DNA of 64,000 nt from Calcarisporiella thermophila CBS 279.70 (taxonomy: Eukaryota > Fungi > Calcarisporiellomycota), in contig NW_027192211.1 in assembly GCF_041956535.1 (NCBI RefSeq), positions 517,935 to 581,934 of the forward strand, given 5' to 3'. The translations under genes and the position numbers were made by a program. The first letter of the stretch is position 1, and each line of letters opens with the position of its first letter. This document shows, one piece after another, positions 63,500 to 64,000 of this stretch. The notes beneath the pieces are model-generated. The model was not told the origin of the DNA. It worked only from the letters and a program-made list of their open reading frames with translations, and did no database searches.

Positions 63500-64000
63500 A
63501 AGATAAAAGGCAATGTACTACACTTGTTTTTAAGTCTCCATCGAGCTCAATCTACAGGAGCATTAAAACGCTTGTTAACTACCTATATATTTCTTAGATA
63601 AATTTTTTTGTTGAAGAATTTTGATGCAAATGTCATAATTTATTATTTGTGTATGACTATATTTGAAACTTGTGCCTAAATTATCTGAATAAACTGTAAC
63701 TGTATACAACCTCACAATGTAATTAGCACTTTTTCTTCTTTCATTAGGATTTACCATCGCTTCATACTATACACTGGGCTAACTTTTTGAGTTCATGTTT
63801 TTTTGATTTCTCATTATTTCGTCTTATATCTCCAAATGGAGGTACAGCAAGTTGCGTTACGTAGAGAAACTATAAATACCCTTGCTCGATCATCCCATCT
63901 ATATGCCCGTGTAAATAACCCTTTTTCTTGAAAGATAGAATGCGGACTACGTCAGCAGTCCATGCTTCACGATGATGAGGCCGTTTTATTGGACAAATGG

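Noticed and set aside
63740-64000. Possible 3' fragment of a minus-strand gene at the window edge
   Set aside because: Frames short and unrecognisable without flanking sequence.

Overview
Eukaryotic nuclear DNA from an early-diverging fungus (Zoopagomycota/Mucoromycota grade; inferred from short GT-AG introns, fungal housekeeping genes, animal-like retained genes and a Crinkler gene; species not determinable). The left ~45.4 kb is gene-dense and mostly conserved: EMG1, MAM33, PHO81, two tandem 7TM proteins, OXA1, TMEM198-like, R3HCC1-like, GPI16, SOSS-B/NABP-like, a ROCK/MRCK-type kinase, RNF212/Zip3-like, RLI1, a SAM methyltransferase, a transposase relic, a CRN NTPase-nuclease, EMC2, a PPR protein, NMD3 and RPF2. 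The right ~18.5 kb is gene-sparse and accessory: a secreted cupredoxin, bacterial-like intronless capA-, ycaC- (pseudogene) and ltrA-family genes, a ricin-B lectin, a GMC oxidoreductase and orphan secreted or membrane proteins. The strongest unexplained signals are two intergenic, GC-elevated segments with dense + strand base-pairing (~31.5-31.95 kb, with a pseudoknot and a template-like segment; ~49.9-50.85 kb, ~900 nt). They look like unannotated structured ncRNAs, and telomerase RNA is one testable hypothesis. There is also a perfect 21-bp palindrome inside the transposase relic. All gene models and pairings were read by eye; no searches or folding were run.
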